Shown piece by piece: positions 1 to 8,852 of a stretch of DNA of 64,000 nt. This DNA comes from Candidatus Rariloculaceae bacterium (lineage in GTDB: Bacteria > Pseudomonadota > Gammaproteobacteria > Steroidobacterales > Rariloculaceae), in contig OZ250159.1 in assembly GCA_965237785.1 (NCBI GenBank), forward strand, positions 2,382,204-2,446,203, in the 5' to 3' direction. Each line of letters begins with the position of its first letter. Position 1 is the stretch's first letter. Made by a program: the position numbers and the translations under genes. A model generated the notes under the pieces. The model made no database searches, was not told the origin of the DNA, and saw only the letters and a list, made by a program, of their open reading frames with translations.

Positions 1-1132
1 TCCATTCGCCGGCCGCTTCTCCGTATTGGCCGCGGCTCGCGGCCATTAACGAATGCGGCGACTCCACGCCGGTCACGAAGATGCTGCCCGGCCGAAGCAC
101 GCAGTGGGTCGTTCCGGTGACCCGCGCTTGCGAGCATGCCAGCAGCGCCTCGATATCCCGGCAAACCGGGTCCAGCTGCTTGCCTTCGTGAATAAAGTCG
201 CCGTATGCATGGCTGACCTGGTCCTTGACGCGCTGTTGCAGGGCGGACAGGGTCAATTTTTCCAGTTCCCGGTGCGCTGTCAGGAGTACCTCGGCCGCCG
301 GCGCTTCAAACGCGACCCGCCCCTTGGTACCCAATATCGTGTCGCCCAGGTGGATCCCGCGGCCGACGCCGAATCGGGATCCGATACGCTCCAGGGCTTC
401 GATCAATTCCACCGGGTCGAGCCGGCCGCCATCGATGGCTACCGGCACACCGCCTTGAAACTCCAGCGACAGCTCCCGGGGCGGCGAGGCCTCTTCAAAG
501 GCGCCGCCGCTCAGAACCCAGGCGGACTCCGGGATGCTCCCGGCCGAATCCAGCGTCTCGGCGCCCCCGATGGTGACGCCCCACATCCCGCGGTTGATCG
601 AATAGGCCGAACCCGCGGCCGGACTCGGAAGCCCCCGTTCGTTCAGGTAGTCGAGTTGATCCCGCCGCGCCCAGGCGTGATCCCGTACCGGAGCCAATAC
701 GTCCAGATCCGGCGCCAACGTCTTCAGAACGATCTCGAAGCGCACCTGGTCGTTGCCGGCGGCGGTGCAGCCGTGGGCGACGGTATCGGACCCGAACCGC
801 CGCGCCAATTCGGCCAGGCACCTGGCCTGGATACCCCGTTCGGCGCCAACGCACAGCGGATACAGGTGCCCGCGGCGCACGTTGCCCATAATCAGGTACT
901 TGAGAACCTGATCGAAGAAATTCCCGCGGGCTTCCACGAGCACATGATCCACGGCTCCCAGCTTGGCGGCGCGCTCGGCCAGGGCCTCGGCATCGGCCGC
1001 ATCGATGCCGCCGGTGTTTACCGTGGCCGTGACGACCGGCCGCGCATACGTCTCCTTGAGCCACGGCACACAGAACGACGTATCCAGGCCGCCTGAAAAA
1101 GCCAGCAGGATCGGTTGGCGCGCGCCGCTCAT
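1..1132 (-). CDS. argG: Argininosuccinate synthase, N-terminal ~377 codons (C-terminus lies beyond window start)
   Basis: Not in the ORF track because it runs off the edge. My own minus-strand translation from ATG 1132-1130 reads MSGARQPILLAFSGGLDTSFCVPWLKETYARPVVTATVNTGGID...HGCTAAGNDQVRFE... It carries the AFSGGLDTS ATP motif. There is an ATGA start/stop overlap with argR. Confidence 0.85.
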   Translation of the reverse strand, partial: MSGARQPILLAFSGGLDTSFCVPWLKETYARPVVTATVNTGGIDAADAEALAERAAKLGAVDHVLVEARGNFFDQVLKYLIMGNVRRGHLYPLCVGAERGIQARCLAELARRFGSDTVAHGCTAAGNDQVRFEIVLKTLAPDLDVLAPVRDHAWARRDQLDYLNERGLPSPAAGSAYSINRGMWGVTIGGAETLDSAGSIPESAWVLSGGAFEEASPPRELSLEFQGGVPVAIDGGRLDPVELIEALERIGSRFGVGRGIHLGDTILGTKGRVAFEAPAAEVLLTAHRELEKLTLSALQQRVKDQVSHAYGDFIHEGKQLDPVCRDIEALLACSQARVTGTTHCVLRPGSIFVTGVESPHSLMAASRGQYGEAAGEW

Positions 1133-1599
1133 CGGGCCGCCGCCTTGTTCAGGGCCTCTCGCAGGCGGGCACTCAGCCGCCGCTGGGATCCGGCTCCGGC
1201 GGTGGCGACAAAAATCGTATCGTCGCCGGAAATCGTGCCGACCGCTTCCGGCCAGTTGGCGCGATCGAGGGTCACGCACACGCGCTGTGCCGCACCGATG
1301 GCGGTAACGATGACAAGGAGATTCGGTCCCGCCGAACGGATATCGCGGATGAATTCCGCCACCGCGTGCAGCGCCTGTTTGTTGATCCCGCCACGGGAAT
1401 CGGACAATCTGTAGCCCGCCCGCAGTTTAGCCACCCCCAGGTCACGCAGATCCCGGCTGACGCTGGACTGGGTAGCATCGAGCCCTTGTGCGCGGAGCAG
1501 TCGAACGATTTCGGACTGGCGGCGAATCACGTGGTTCTCCAAGAGTTCCGCGATGGCGAGGCGGCGATGTTGTTGGTTGCTGATGGTAGGCATGGCCAA
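1129..1599 (-). CDS. argR: Arginine repressor ArgR
   Basis: 156 aa. The N-terminal wHTH region reads QSEIVRLLRAQGLDATQSSVSRDLRDLG. The C-terminal oligomerisation motif is GTISGDDTIFVA (compare E. coli GTIAGDDTIF). It lies directly upstream of argG. Confidence 0.85.
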   Translation of the reverse strand: MAMPTISNQQHRRLAIAELLENHVIRRQSEIVRLLRAQGLDATQSSVSRDLRDLGVAKLRAGYRLSDSRGGINKQALHAVAEFIRDIRSAGPNLLVIVTAIGAAQRVCVTLDRANWPEAVGTISGDDTIFVATAGAGSQRRLSARLREALNKAAAR

Positions 1600-1703
1600 C
1601 TGGATAGCATAAAATTGCGCATAGACTAATCATTATGTGCAACATATGCAACGGTCAAACGTCTCCGGGAGGTTCCCTGGCGGTCAACCAAGGGGCAAAG
1701 CTC

Positions 1704-2363
1704 ATGAATACGCTTGAACTCAGTACCGGGGAAAGCCCGGCATGGAGTGTCGTTTTTCTACACGGTCTGGGAGCGGACGGCCACGACTTCGCGCCGCTGG
1801 TCGAGCAACTGGAATTGCCTGCAGCCGTGCGGTTTGTCTTTCCCCATGCGCCGGTACGCCCGGTCACCGTCAACGGCGGTTTCCCCATGCCTGCCTGGTA
1901 CGACATCCTTTCGCTGGATTGGAACGGTCCGGAGGACACCGCTGGAATTCGCGACGGCGCCGCCGAACTTCAGTGCCTTATCGAGCGAGAGGAGGAACGT
2001 GGCACTCCCTCGAACCGGGTGTTTATTGGCGGGTTCTCGCAAGGGGGCTCGGTGGCCCTCTATGCGGGCCCGCGCCATCCCCGGCCGCTGGCCGGCATAG
2101 TCGCCCTCTCGACCTGGTTGCCGCAGCCGTCAACGCTCCCCGCGGAGCGCACACCGGCCAACCGGACAGTACCGGTATTCATGGCTCATGGCACCGAGGA
2201 TGCAACCGTTCCGCCGATCTACGGCAGCCGCTCCCGGGACCGGCTGCGCGAACTGGGACACGGCGTGGATTGGCACACGTATCCCATGGAACATGCGGTC
2301 TGCGCGCGGGAGATCGCCGATCTCAACGAGTGGCTGTCAGCGCGTCTGCAGGTGCCGTCGTGA
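1704..2363 (+). CDS. Alpha/beta hydrolase, carboxylesterase/phospholipase family
   Basis: Contains FLHGLGADGHDF and the nucleophile elbow GFSQGG, with a C-terminal HG..D and H. The likely start is ATG 1704 (MNTLEL) behind AAGGGG, not the track start at 1635. Confidence 0.8.
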   Translation: MNTLELSTGESPAWSVVFLHGLGADGHDFAPLVEQLELPAAVRFVFPHAPVRPVTVNGGFPMPAWYDILSLDWNGPEDTAGIRDGAAELQCLIEREEERGTPSNRVFIGGFSQGGSVALYAGPRHPRPLAGIVALSTWLPQPSTLPAERTPANRTVPVFMAHGTEDATVPPIYGSRSRDRLRELGHGVDWHTYPMEHAVCAREIADLNEWLSARLQVPS

Positions 2364-3102
2364 AGCTGAACGCGGCCTCACCCGCGCGCCGACCGTCAGG
2401 CCCGAAGCGGCGCTCGAAGAACTGCACTTCACCGTTTCGCGACATCAGAACAACCGCCGAGGAGCGCGTTCCGTAGCGATCGTCCAGGGCGAAGACCTTG
2501 CGGGTACGCCAGTGCAGGTTGTCTCCTGCCTGCCTCTCGGCCAGTTGCTCGCGGTTTTCCAGCATCGCGAACAGACGCCGGGTCAAATCCCCGGGCGCAG
2601 GCCGATCCTGCAGGATAGCTGCAAGCCTGGATGCGGCGAAGTCCACTTTCGGCCACGGCGTACCCATCGGGGCATTGCTCAAGACATGAATACCGACCGG
2701 CAACTCCCGGGCCGGGGATCCATTGGTGGCGTAGCAGAGCCGCTCACCGTCAAAAATCAACAGGTTATAGGGTCCGTATCGTTCCGCCGCCGGCGCCAGC
2801 GCTTCGCAGAACCCTGCCGGCGAGCGCGCCGAGACCAGATAGTCGCTGACCAGCCGGCCCCTCGATCCGGGGAAGGTCCGGTCCCGGGATACGGGCCGGT
2901 TGGTGACCGCCGCCAGCCGCCCCAGACGATCGACGGCCAACCAGCTCCCGCCGGCCACAAGGTCCCGACCGCCGAGGATGCCGGCCGGATCCTCCCACCA
3001 GTCGGCAGCGGCAGTAGCCCGACGATGCGATTCGTCGCGGTTGGCCGCGACCGCCAGGGAATAGGGTTCGCCGACGCCGACGGCGAATGCGGCGAGGCAC
3101 AC
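2323..3102 (-). CDS. NRDE family protein (TANGO2/DUF833-like)
   Basis: N-terminal MC followed by VAANRDE, the family signature. 259 aa. Confidence 0.75.
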   Translation of the reverse strand: MCLAAFAVGVGEPYSLAVAANRDESHRRATAAADWWEDPAGILGGRDLVAGGSWLAVDRLGRLAAVTNRPVSRDRTFPGSRGRLVSDYLVSARSPAGFCEALAPAAERYGPYNLLIFDGERLCYATNGSPARELPVGIHVLSNAPMGTPWPKVDFAASRLAAILQDRPAPGDLTRRLFAMLENREQLAERQAGDNLHWRTRKVFALDDRYGTRSSAVVLMSRNGEVQFFERRFGPDGRRAGEAAFSFTTAPADALTATR

Positions 3103-3107
3103 GGAAG

Positions 3108-3692
3108 CTAACCCGCCGCCCGCCCGCTGCCGTAGGCTGCCCCCGGCGGGGAGCGCAGCGTCAGACAGGACGGACAGTCGCTGCGCGGCAACGCCAGTTG
3201 ATCGTAGACGTAGGAGATCGAGCAGATATCGCAGTGAGTCAATCCCAGTTCGTCACCCCGGCGAATACTCCGCATGAGGTTCCAGCCCCACTCGAAGGTC
3301 AACGTCGGGTTGGGAACCACCATCTTGTGCGTCTCGAAACACTGGCAGAAGCGGTGTCCCAAATCCACGTCCCCCTTGAGACGCGGCCCCGGCGGATCGT
3401 CGACAGAAACCAATCCGTTCACCAACAGCATGTTGACGAAGGCACCCGACTCCAGCGCGCGGGCAGGAGAGCGAATGAGTGGACCGATCTGCGTGGGAGA
3501 TTTGCCGCGCCGGCGCTTCACGGGCGCGCCGTCAACGAACTTGAAATAGCTCGTATAAAGTTTTCGGATTCGATCGTCGCTGAGGCTGGTCCAGTAGCGA
3601 ATGGTTCCTGTTCGGGCCTCGTGCCGGATCATTCGCATGGCCAGTTCGAACCGGTTGCGTTCACCTCTGTAGCGATTATCCGTTGCTCTCAT
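3108..3692 (-). CDS. FlhC-like zinc-ribbon transcriptional regulator (putative)
   Basis: FELAMRMIRHEARTGTIRYWTSLSDDRIRKLY parallels E. coli FlhC [32 protein letters not shown]. The C-terminal CxxC...CxxC (HCDICS...DCPSC) matches the FlhC Zn site arrangement. Confidence 0.45.
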   Translation of the reverse strand: MRATDNRYRGERNRFELAMRMIRHEARTGTIRYWTSLSDDRIRKLYTSYFKFVDGAPVKRRRGKSPTQIGPLIRSPARALESGAFVNMLLVNGLVSVDDPPGPRLKGDVDLGHRFCQCFETHKMVVPNPTLTFEWGWNLMRSIRRGDELGLTHCDICSISYVYDQLALPRSDCPSCLTLRSPPGAAYGSGRAAG

Positions 3693-3764
3693 TGTCGTTT
3701 TCCCTACATATCGCTCAGATTCGGGATATTAGCGTAGGCCGTTCTTTCTTGGTATTTTAGTTTT

Positions 3765-4382
3765 ATGCACAGACCGGATAAAAACGACTCCAATATGCTG
3801 CACCCTGGCCCACGTCCGGAAGATCTAAAAGATATCCGGGAACTGAATCTGCTGTTCCTTATCCTGCTTCAAAATCGGGCGCTCGAGGGCGTGGAATGTT
3901 TCGGCCTGGCTGCGCCGATTGCCCGGCGAATTCAAACCGCCTCGCATGCGGTTCTCCACGGTTTGTCGGCGTTTCCAAGAACCGTGTTCTGGCTGAACCT
4001 GAACTGCGCCGAATCGGAGACCACGGTCCCGGAGGAACGTGACGATCACACGCGCCGGGCGCGGCATGCACTGGCGTTGACGGCCATCCTCACCGCCTGG
4101 AACATGTCGCGGCAGCGCACATTCCTCGGTCGGGTGTTTCTCGGTTTGTCGGTCCCTGAATCCCGGTACCTGGCCACCCTGCCGATGATGAAGTTGCACG
4201 AGTTGGCGGAGAATCCGGCGCTGCTGCGTTGCGCGTTCCCCAATTCCGTGGGCCTGTGGGTACGACTGTTGCAACACGCCAAACAAGGATTGCCCCCCGC
4301 ACTGCAACTGCTTGGGTTACAGCCGCAGCTCACTGCGCGTGTCGACGAGCAAGGCAAATCGTATTCCTCCCGAATCGCCTGA
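3765..4382 (+). CDS. Hypothetical protein with two FlhD-like helical modules (putative)
   Basis: EDLKDIRELNLLFLILLQ resembles FlhD ELLKHIYDINLSYLLLAQ. The second half, LGLSVPESRYLATLPMMKLHELAENPALLRCAF, resembles FlhD [33 protein letters not shown]. It is divergent from the FlhC-like gene. The start is uncertain (3765 or 3795). Confidence 0.35.
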   Translation: MHRPDKNDSNMLHPGPRPEDLKDIRELNLLFLILLQNRALEGVECFGLAAPIARRIQTASHAVLHGLSAFPRTVFWLNLNCAESETTVPEERDDHTRRARHALALTAILTAWNMSRQRTFLGRVFLGLSVPESRYLATLPMMKLHELAENPALLRCAFPNSVGLWVRLLQHAKQGLPPALQLLGLQPQLTARVDEQGKSYSSRIA

Positions 4383-4421
4383 CCGGTCCGTCCGGGTCAG
4401 AGCCGCCCCATCGCTGCTCGG

Positions 4422-5501
4422 GTGCGATATACGAGCGGGCTAAGTAGAATAGCTGAAGAAGTTGACGGACGAGCCGGCGACGACCGGCTGGAGTTTCGGG
4501 AATTGGACGCCCTGGCGCTGCAAAAACTCCGCAAGATTTATCCGAATGGCGTGGAAGCGCTATCCGGAATCGATCTGCGCGTGACGCAGGGCGACTTCTT
4601 TGCGCTGCTGGGGCCCAACGGCGCGGGCAAGACCACGGCCATCGGCATCGTCACCTCCCTGGTCAACAAGACCAGCGGCAGCGTATCGGTCTTCGGCTAC
4701 GACCTGGACCGGCACCGGGAGGCAGCGAAGGCCTGCATCGGCGTGGTTCCCCAGGAAGTCAACCTCAATGTATTTGAGAAATGCTGGAACATACTGATCA
4801 ATCAGGCCGGCTACTATGGCGTGACCCGCGCCGTGGCCAATCGGCGAGCGGAGAAATACCTGAAGGAATTGCACCTCTGGGATCGCCGCGACGAGATCGC
4901 GAGGACGCTTTCCGGGGGAATGAAGCGCCGCTTGATGATCGCCCGGGCGTTGGTTCACGAGCCGCGGCTGCTGATCCTCGACGAACCCACCGCGGGCGTG
5001 GATATCGAGATCCGGCGATCCATGTGGAATCTGATGACCGAGCTCAACGATCTCGGCATGACCATCATCCTGACCACGCACTATCTACACGAGGCGGAAA
5101 GCTTCTGCCGCAACATCGCGATCATCGACGAGGGCCGCATCATCGAGAACGACACCATGGTCAACGTGGTGCGCAAGCTGAAGCGGGAATTCTTCGTATT
5201 GACACTGGAGGAATCGTTGCGGGAAGCACCGGCGTTGCCGGGGTATCCGGTCCGGTTGCGCAACGAAAACGAAATCGAGGTGGAAGTCGTCCAGGAGCAG
5301 GGCTTGAATGCGCTTTTCGAGGTGATCTCGACTCAGAACCTCCATGTCGCCAGCATGCGAACCCGATCGAACCGGCTCGAAGAATTGTTCATGCACCTGG
5401 TGGACGAAAAGGGGCACGCACCGGCGGATGGCGCGGCGCAGCCGCGAGGCCTGGAAGACGGTCATGCCGCGGAGCCGCAACGCGCGGCGGGTAGAAACTG
5501 A
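4422..5501 (+). CDS. ABC transporter ATP-binding protein (ABC-2/YadG-like)
   Basis: Walker A GPNGAGKTT, signature LSGGMKRRL and Walker B LLILDEPT. The track start is GTG 4422. In-frame TTG 4503 (MDALALQKL) is a plausible true start. The stop overlaps the permease start (ATGA-type, 5499-5503). Confidence 0.85.
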   Translation: MRYTSGLSRIAEEVDGRAGDDRLEFRELDALALQKLRKIYPNGVEALSGIDLRVTQGDFFALLGPNGAGKTTAIGIVTSLVNKTSGSVSVFGYDLDRHREAAKACIGVVPQEVNLNVFEKCWNILINQAGYYGVTRAVANRRAEKYLKELHLWDRRDEIARTLSGGMKRRLMIARALVHEPRLLILDEPTAGVDIEIRRSMWNLMTELNDLGMTIILTTHYLHEAESFCRNIAIIDEGRIIENDTMVNVVRKLKREFFVLTLEESLREAPALPGYPVRLRNENEIEVEVVQEQGLNALFEVISTQNLHVASMRTRSNRLEELFMHLVDEKGHAPADGAAQPRGLEDGHAAEPQRAAGRN

Positions 5502-6322
5502 TGTCCGCCATCCCCCCTGTGGCCACGCCGGCAAACGCGCCCGCAATCAACCTGTGGCGCATCAATCTGGTCGGGTTGACTACCATCGTCCGCAAGGAAG
5601 TGCATCGGATCGCCCGCATCTGGATACAGACCATCGTTCCGCCGGCGATCACCATGACGTTGTACTTCATCATATTCGGCAGTCTGATCGGCCGGCGTAT
5701 CGGTGACATGGGCGGCGTGCCCTATACCACGTTCATCGCCCCCGGGCTGATCATGATGGCGGTCATCACCAATTCCTTCGGCAACGTGGTGTCCTCGTTC
5801 TTTTCCGGCAAGCTGCAACTTCACCTGGAGGAAATGCTCGTCTCCCCACTGTCCTTTACCACCATCGTCACCGGTTACGTGATCGGCGGCGTGGTACGCG
5901 GGCTGGCGGTAGCGGCCCTGGTCACGGTTGTGGCGTCGATGTTTACGGAACTGCGCGTCGCCCACCCGCTGATCACCATCTCGGTGGTCGTGCTGACGGC
6001 TATGGTGTTCTCGCTGGCCGGGCTGCTCAACGCCATATTCGCCACGAACTTCGACGACATATCCATCATCCCGACGTTCTTGCTGACGCCGTTGACCTAC
6101 CTCGGGGGCGTATTCTTTTCCATCTCCCTGCTGCCGCCTTTCTGGCAGAACGTCTCGCTGGCCAATCCCATTCTCTATATGGTCAACGCGTTTCGCTACG
6201 GCATGCTCGGGTCGTCGGATATCCCCATCGGCATGGCTTACGCCATCATTCTGGTCGCCCTTTCAGGCTTGTTTCTGACGGTTCTAACGCTGCTGCGAAA
6301 GGGAGTTGGAATCCGATCATAA
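5501..6322 (+). CDS. ABC-2 type transporter permease (YadH-like)
   Basis: 273 aa, multi-TM and hydrophobic. It is translationally coupled to the ATPase. Confidence 0.8.
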   Translation: MSAIPPVATPANAPAINLWRINLVGLTTIVRKEVHRIARIWIQTIVPPAITMTLYFIIFGSLIGRRIGDMGGVPYTTFIAPGLIMMAVITNSFGNVVSSFFSGKLQLHLEEMLVSPLSFTTIVTGYVIGGVVRGLAVAALVTVVASMFTELRVAHPLITISVVVLTAMVFSLAGLLNAIFATNFDDISIIPTFLLTPLTYLGGVFFSISLLPPFWQNVSLANPILYMVNAFRYGMLGSSDIPIGMAYAIILVALSGLFLTVLTLLRKGVGIRS

Positions 6323-6364
6323 GACGGTCGCCGAACCACCCGGAGTCCCGATGCAAACTTGCGG

Positions 6365-7117
6365 CTAGCCGTACCACGCGCCGTAAAGCAACCGCGCCCC
6401 GGTCACAAACAGCAGCACCCGGATCAGGACGCCGAACAGTTCCGGGCGGACGAATTGCCGCAACCGGTTCCCTACCAGTATGCACGCCATGGCCGGCGCC
6501 ACGGCCAGCGCGCTTTGCCCGAACAGTAACGGCGAGTACGCCTGCAGCGATCCCAGGATGATCAGGTGGGTAAGGGATAACGACATGAAGACCGCCGAAA
6601 AGACAAAGACATAGGTCCGCGGCGAAGTACCCAGGGCATCCACGTAGGGCACGATGACCGGGGCGCAGATTCCCGTCGCGCCCTGCAGGATGCCGGAGAG
6701 GAATCCCACGGGAGCCGCCAGCTGGCGCCGGACCGGTTTGGACAACGACAGTTTCGGATGGACGAACCGCAGCACCAGGTAGGCCAGCACCCACAGGGCC
6801 AGCACGGTGGCCAGAAACCGCTCACTGGCAAGGTAAAGAACCGTGGCCCCGACAGCGATTCCGGGAATTCCGGCGATGGCGATTCGGGGAACTTCCGGTA
6901 CTTTCCCATAGCAGTCCCGGAGCCGCCACGCGAGCCAGAGGTTGGCCGACAATGTCGGCAACACCATGATCATCACCGCCTGCTCGACCCCCAGGAAGAT
7001 TGCCATGATGGGTATGGCAATTCCCGGCAACCCAAGCCCGGCCAGACCCTTGGTCAGACCTCCGGCGGCAAGCGCCAGCACGATGACCAGCCAGGCTTCC
7101 CACGCCAGTTCAGTCAC
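6365..7117 (-). CDS. TauE/SafE family sulfite/anion exporter
   Basis: Shows the typical TauE pattern LAAGGLTKGLAGLGLPGIAIPIMAIF plus the repeated half LSGILQGATGICAPVIVPY. GTG 7117 gives about 251 aa. The track's longer form to 7327 overlaps the dctP upstream region. Confidence 0.7.
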   Translation of the reverse strand: MTELAWEAWLVIVLALAAGGLTKGLAGLGLPGIAIPIMAIFLGVEQAVMIMVLPTLSANLWLAWRLRDCYGKVPEVPRIAIAGIPGIAVGATVLYLASERFLATVLALWVLAYLVLRFVHPKLSLSKPVRRQLAAPVGFLSGILQGATGICAPVIVPYVDALGTSPRTYVFVFSAVFMSLSLTHLIILGSLQAYSPLLFGQSALAVAPAMACILVGNRLRQFVRPELFGVLIRVLLFVTGARLLYGAWYG

Positions 7118-7262
7118 GCCCGGCTCGCGGCGATGCCGTTGCTGACAAACTTCTCCCCATCGATGCCATCTCCAGTTCGAACCGTCTCGCTTGACCCGAG
7201 CCACCGGCTCTGGGAAGATTCTATGCAATCGTTTGCAGCCATGCGAGAACTTGGAGGTGATT

Positions 7263-8297
7263 ATGATGCGTAGTCTCACCGATATGCGCGCCAATCTCCG
7301 GCTGGTAGCCGTGCTCGCCGCGGCCACCGCGCTGGGTGCCTGTGGAAGCGATAGCGCCGGTGACGGCGGCCAGTCCGCATCCAGCGAACCCTATGTGATC
7401 AAGTTTCCCCACGTCACCGCACCCGGCACACCCAAGGGCCGTACCGCGGAACGCTTCAAGGAAGTTGCCGAGGAACGATTCCCCGGCCGCGTCGTGGTGG
7501 AGGTTTACCCGTCCAGTCAACTCATGAACGACGACGACTCCCTGGAAGCGCTGGCCTTCGGCGAGATCCAGATGATCGCCGTCTCGCTCTCCAAGTTCGA
7601 CCGGCTTACCAAGGCATTTCAAATCTTCGACCTGCCCTTCCTGTTCCCGGATCTGACCTCGGTGGAACGTTTTCAGTCCAGTGATTACGGGCAGGAACTG
7701 CTCGATGTCATCACCGACAAGGGCTACCAGGGCCTCGCTTTCTGGCATAACGGCATGAAGCATTTCACCGGACCGCGGCCCATGCGGACACCGGAGGACG
7801 CCCGCGGTCTCAAGTTCCGCATCATGGAGTCCGATGTGCTCCAGGCACAGGTCCAGACCATCGGCGGGAACCCGCAGAAGATGGCATTGGGCGAGGTGTA
7901 CCAGGCACTGCAAACCGGCGCCATCGACGCCCAGGAGAACACCTGGTCGAATATCTACTCTTCCAAATTCTATGAAGTTCAGCCCTACGTGATGGAAACC
8001 AATCACGGCTATGTCGGCTATCTGGTCGCCGTGAATCCGCAATTCTGGGGCTCGCTGCCCGAGGACATTCGCACCGGACTGGAGGCAGTCGTGGCCGAGG
8101 TGACCGCCTGGGGGAATGCCCAGGCCGCGGCAATCAATCAGGACGCCCGCGGCCTGGTCGCCGATTCCGGACGCACCGAAATCGTCGGTCTGACGCCGGA
8201 GGAACTGACGTCATGGCGGGAGACCATGGCGCCCGTCTGGGAGCAGTTCGAACAGGATATCGGCGCCGAGCGCATCATCGCAGCCGCCGCGCCGTAG
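7263..8297 (+). CDS. dctP: TRAP transporter substrate-binding protein DctP family (lipoprotein-type signal)
   Basis: Start ATG 7263 behind GGAGGTG. The signal ends ...AATALGAC (lipobox-like). DctP-type body (FPHVTAPGTPKG..., FWHNGMKHF). Followed by dctQ and dctM. Confidence 0.85.
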   Translation: MMRSLTDMRANLRLVAVLAAATALGACGSDSAGDGGQSASSEPYVIKFPHVTAPGTPKGRTAERFKEVAEERFPGRVVVEVYPSSQLMNDDDSLEALAFGEIQMIAVSLSKFDRLTKAFQIFDLPFLFPDLTSVERFQSSDYGQELLDVITDKGYQGLAFWHNGMKHFTGPRPMRTPEDARGLKFRIMESDVLQAQVQTIGGNPQKMALGEVYQALQTGAIDAQENTWSNIYSSKFYEVQPYVMETNHGYVGYLVAVNPQFWGSLPEDIRTGLEAVVAEVTAWGNAQAAAINQDARGLVADSGRTEIVGLTPEELTSWRETMAPVWEQFEQDIGAERIIAAAAP

Positions 8298-8318
8298 GCG
8301 CGACCCCACCGGCGAGCC

Positions 8319-8852
8319 ATGTCCATCGGTACTCGCGCGCTCAGCGCCGTCAATCGCCTGGAAGAGGCCTTCATGGCGCTGGCACTGGCGTTCATGACAC
8401 TGCTGACCTTCATTCAGGTGGTGCTGCGTGAATTCGGCATGGGCTGGGTGTGGTCGCTGGAGGCCACCACCTATACCTTCGCGTGGCTGGTGCTGGTCGG
8501 GATGTCCTACGGCGTCAGGACCAAGAGCCATATCGCCGTGGATCTGGTCGCAAGGAAGCTGCCCACCCCGCAACGGCGACTGGTGGCGCTGGCGGCAGTG
8601 GCGCTATGTCTGGTCTACTGCGGATTCATGTTCTACGGCGGCAGCATTTTCGTGGACCGCCTCATGATATTGGGCAACAACGCCCGCGACATACCGCTGC
8701 CGCGCTGGTTGTTGACCGGCATCATGCCGGTGGCATTCGCATTGCTCGCATTTCGATTTCTCGAAGTCGGCTGGGCAGTACTCAAAGGCACTCAAATCAC
8801 TCTGACCGCCGACCACGGCTCCAACACGCACGATAGCGACCGCAACCCATGA
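8319..8852 (+). CDS. dctQ: TRAP transporter small permease DctQ family
   Basis: 177 aa, 4-TM type, located between dctP and dctM. The stop overlaps the dctM start. Confidence 0.8.
   Translation: MSIGTRALSAVNRLEEAFMALALAFMTLLTFIQVVLREFGMGWVWSLEATTYTFAWLVLVGMSYGVRTKSHIAVDLVARKLPTPQRRLVALAAVALCLVYCGFMFYGGSIFVDRLMILGNNARDIPLPRWLLTGIMPVAFALLAFRFLEVGWAVLKGTQITLTADHGSNTHDSDRNP

Noticed and set aside
53-1096. 347-aa plus-strand ORF, and the 189-aa minus ORF at 495-1064
   Set aside because: The composition is Arg/Gly/Pro-rich and has no motifs. Both lie entirely within or antisense to the clearly recognisable argG reading frame, which runs off the window edge and is therefore missing from the track.
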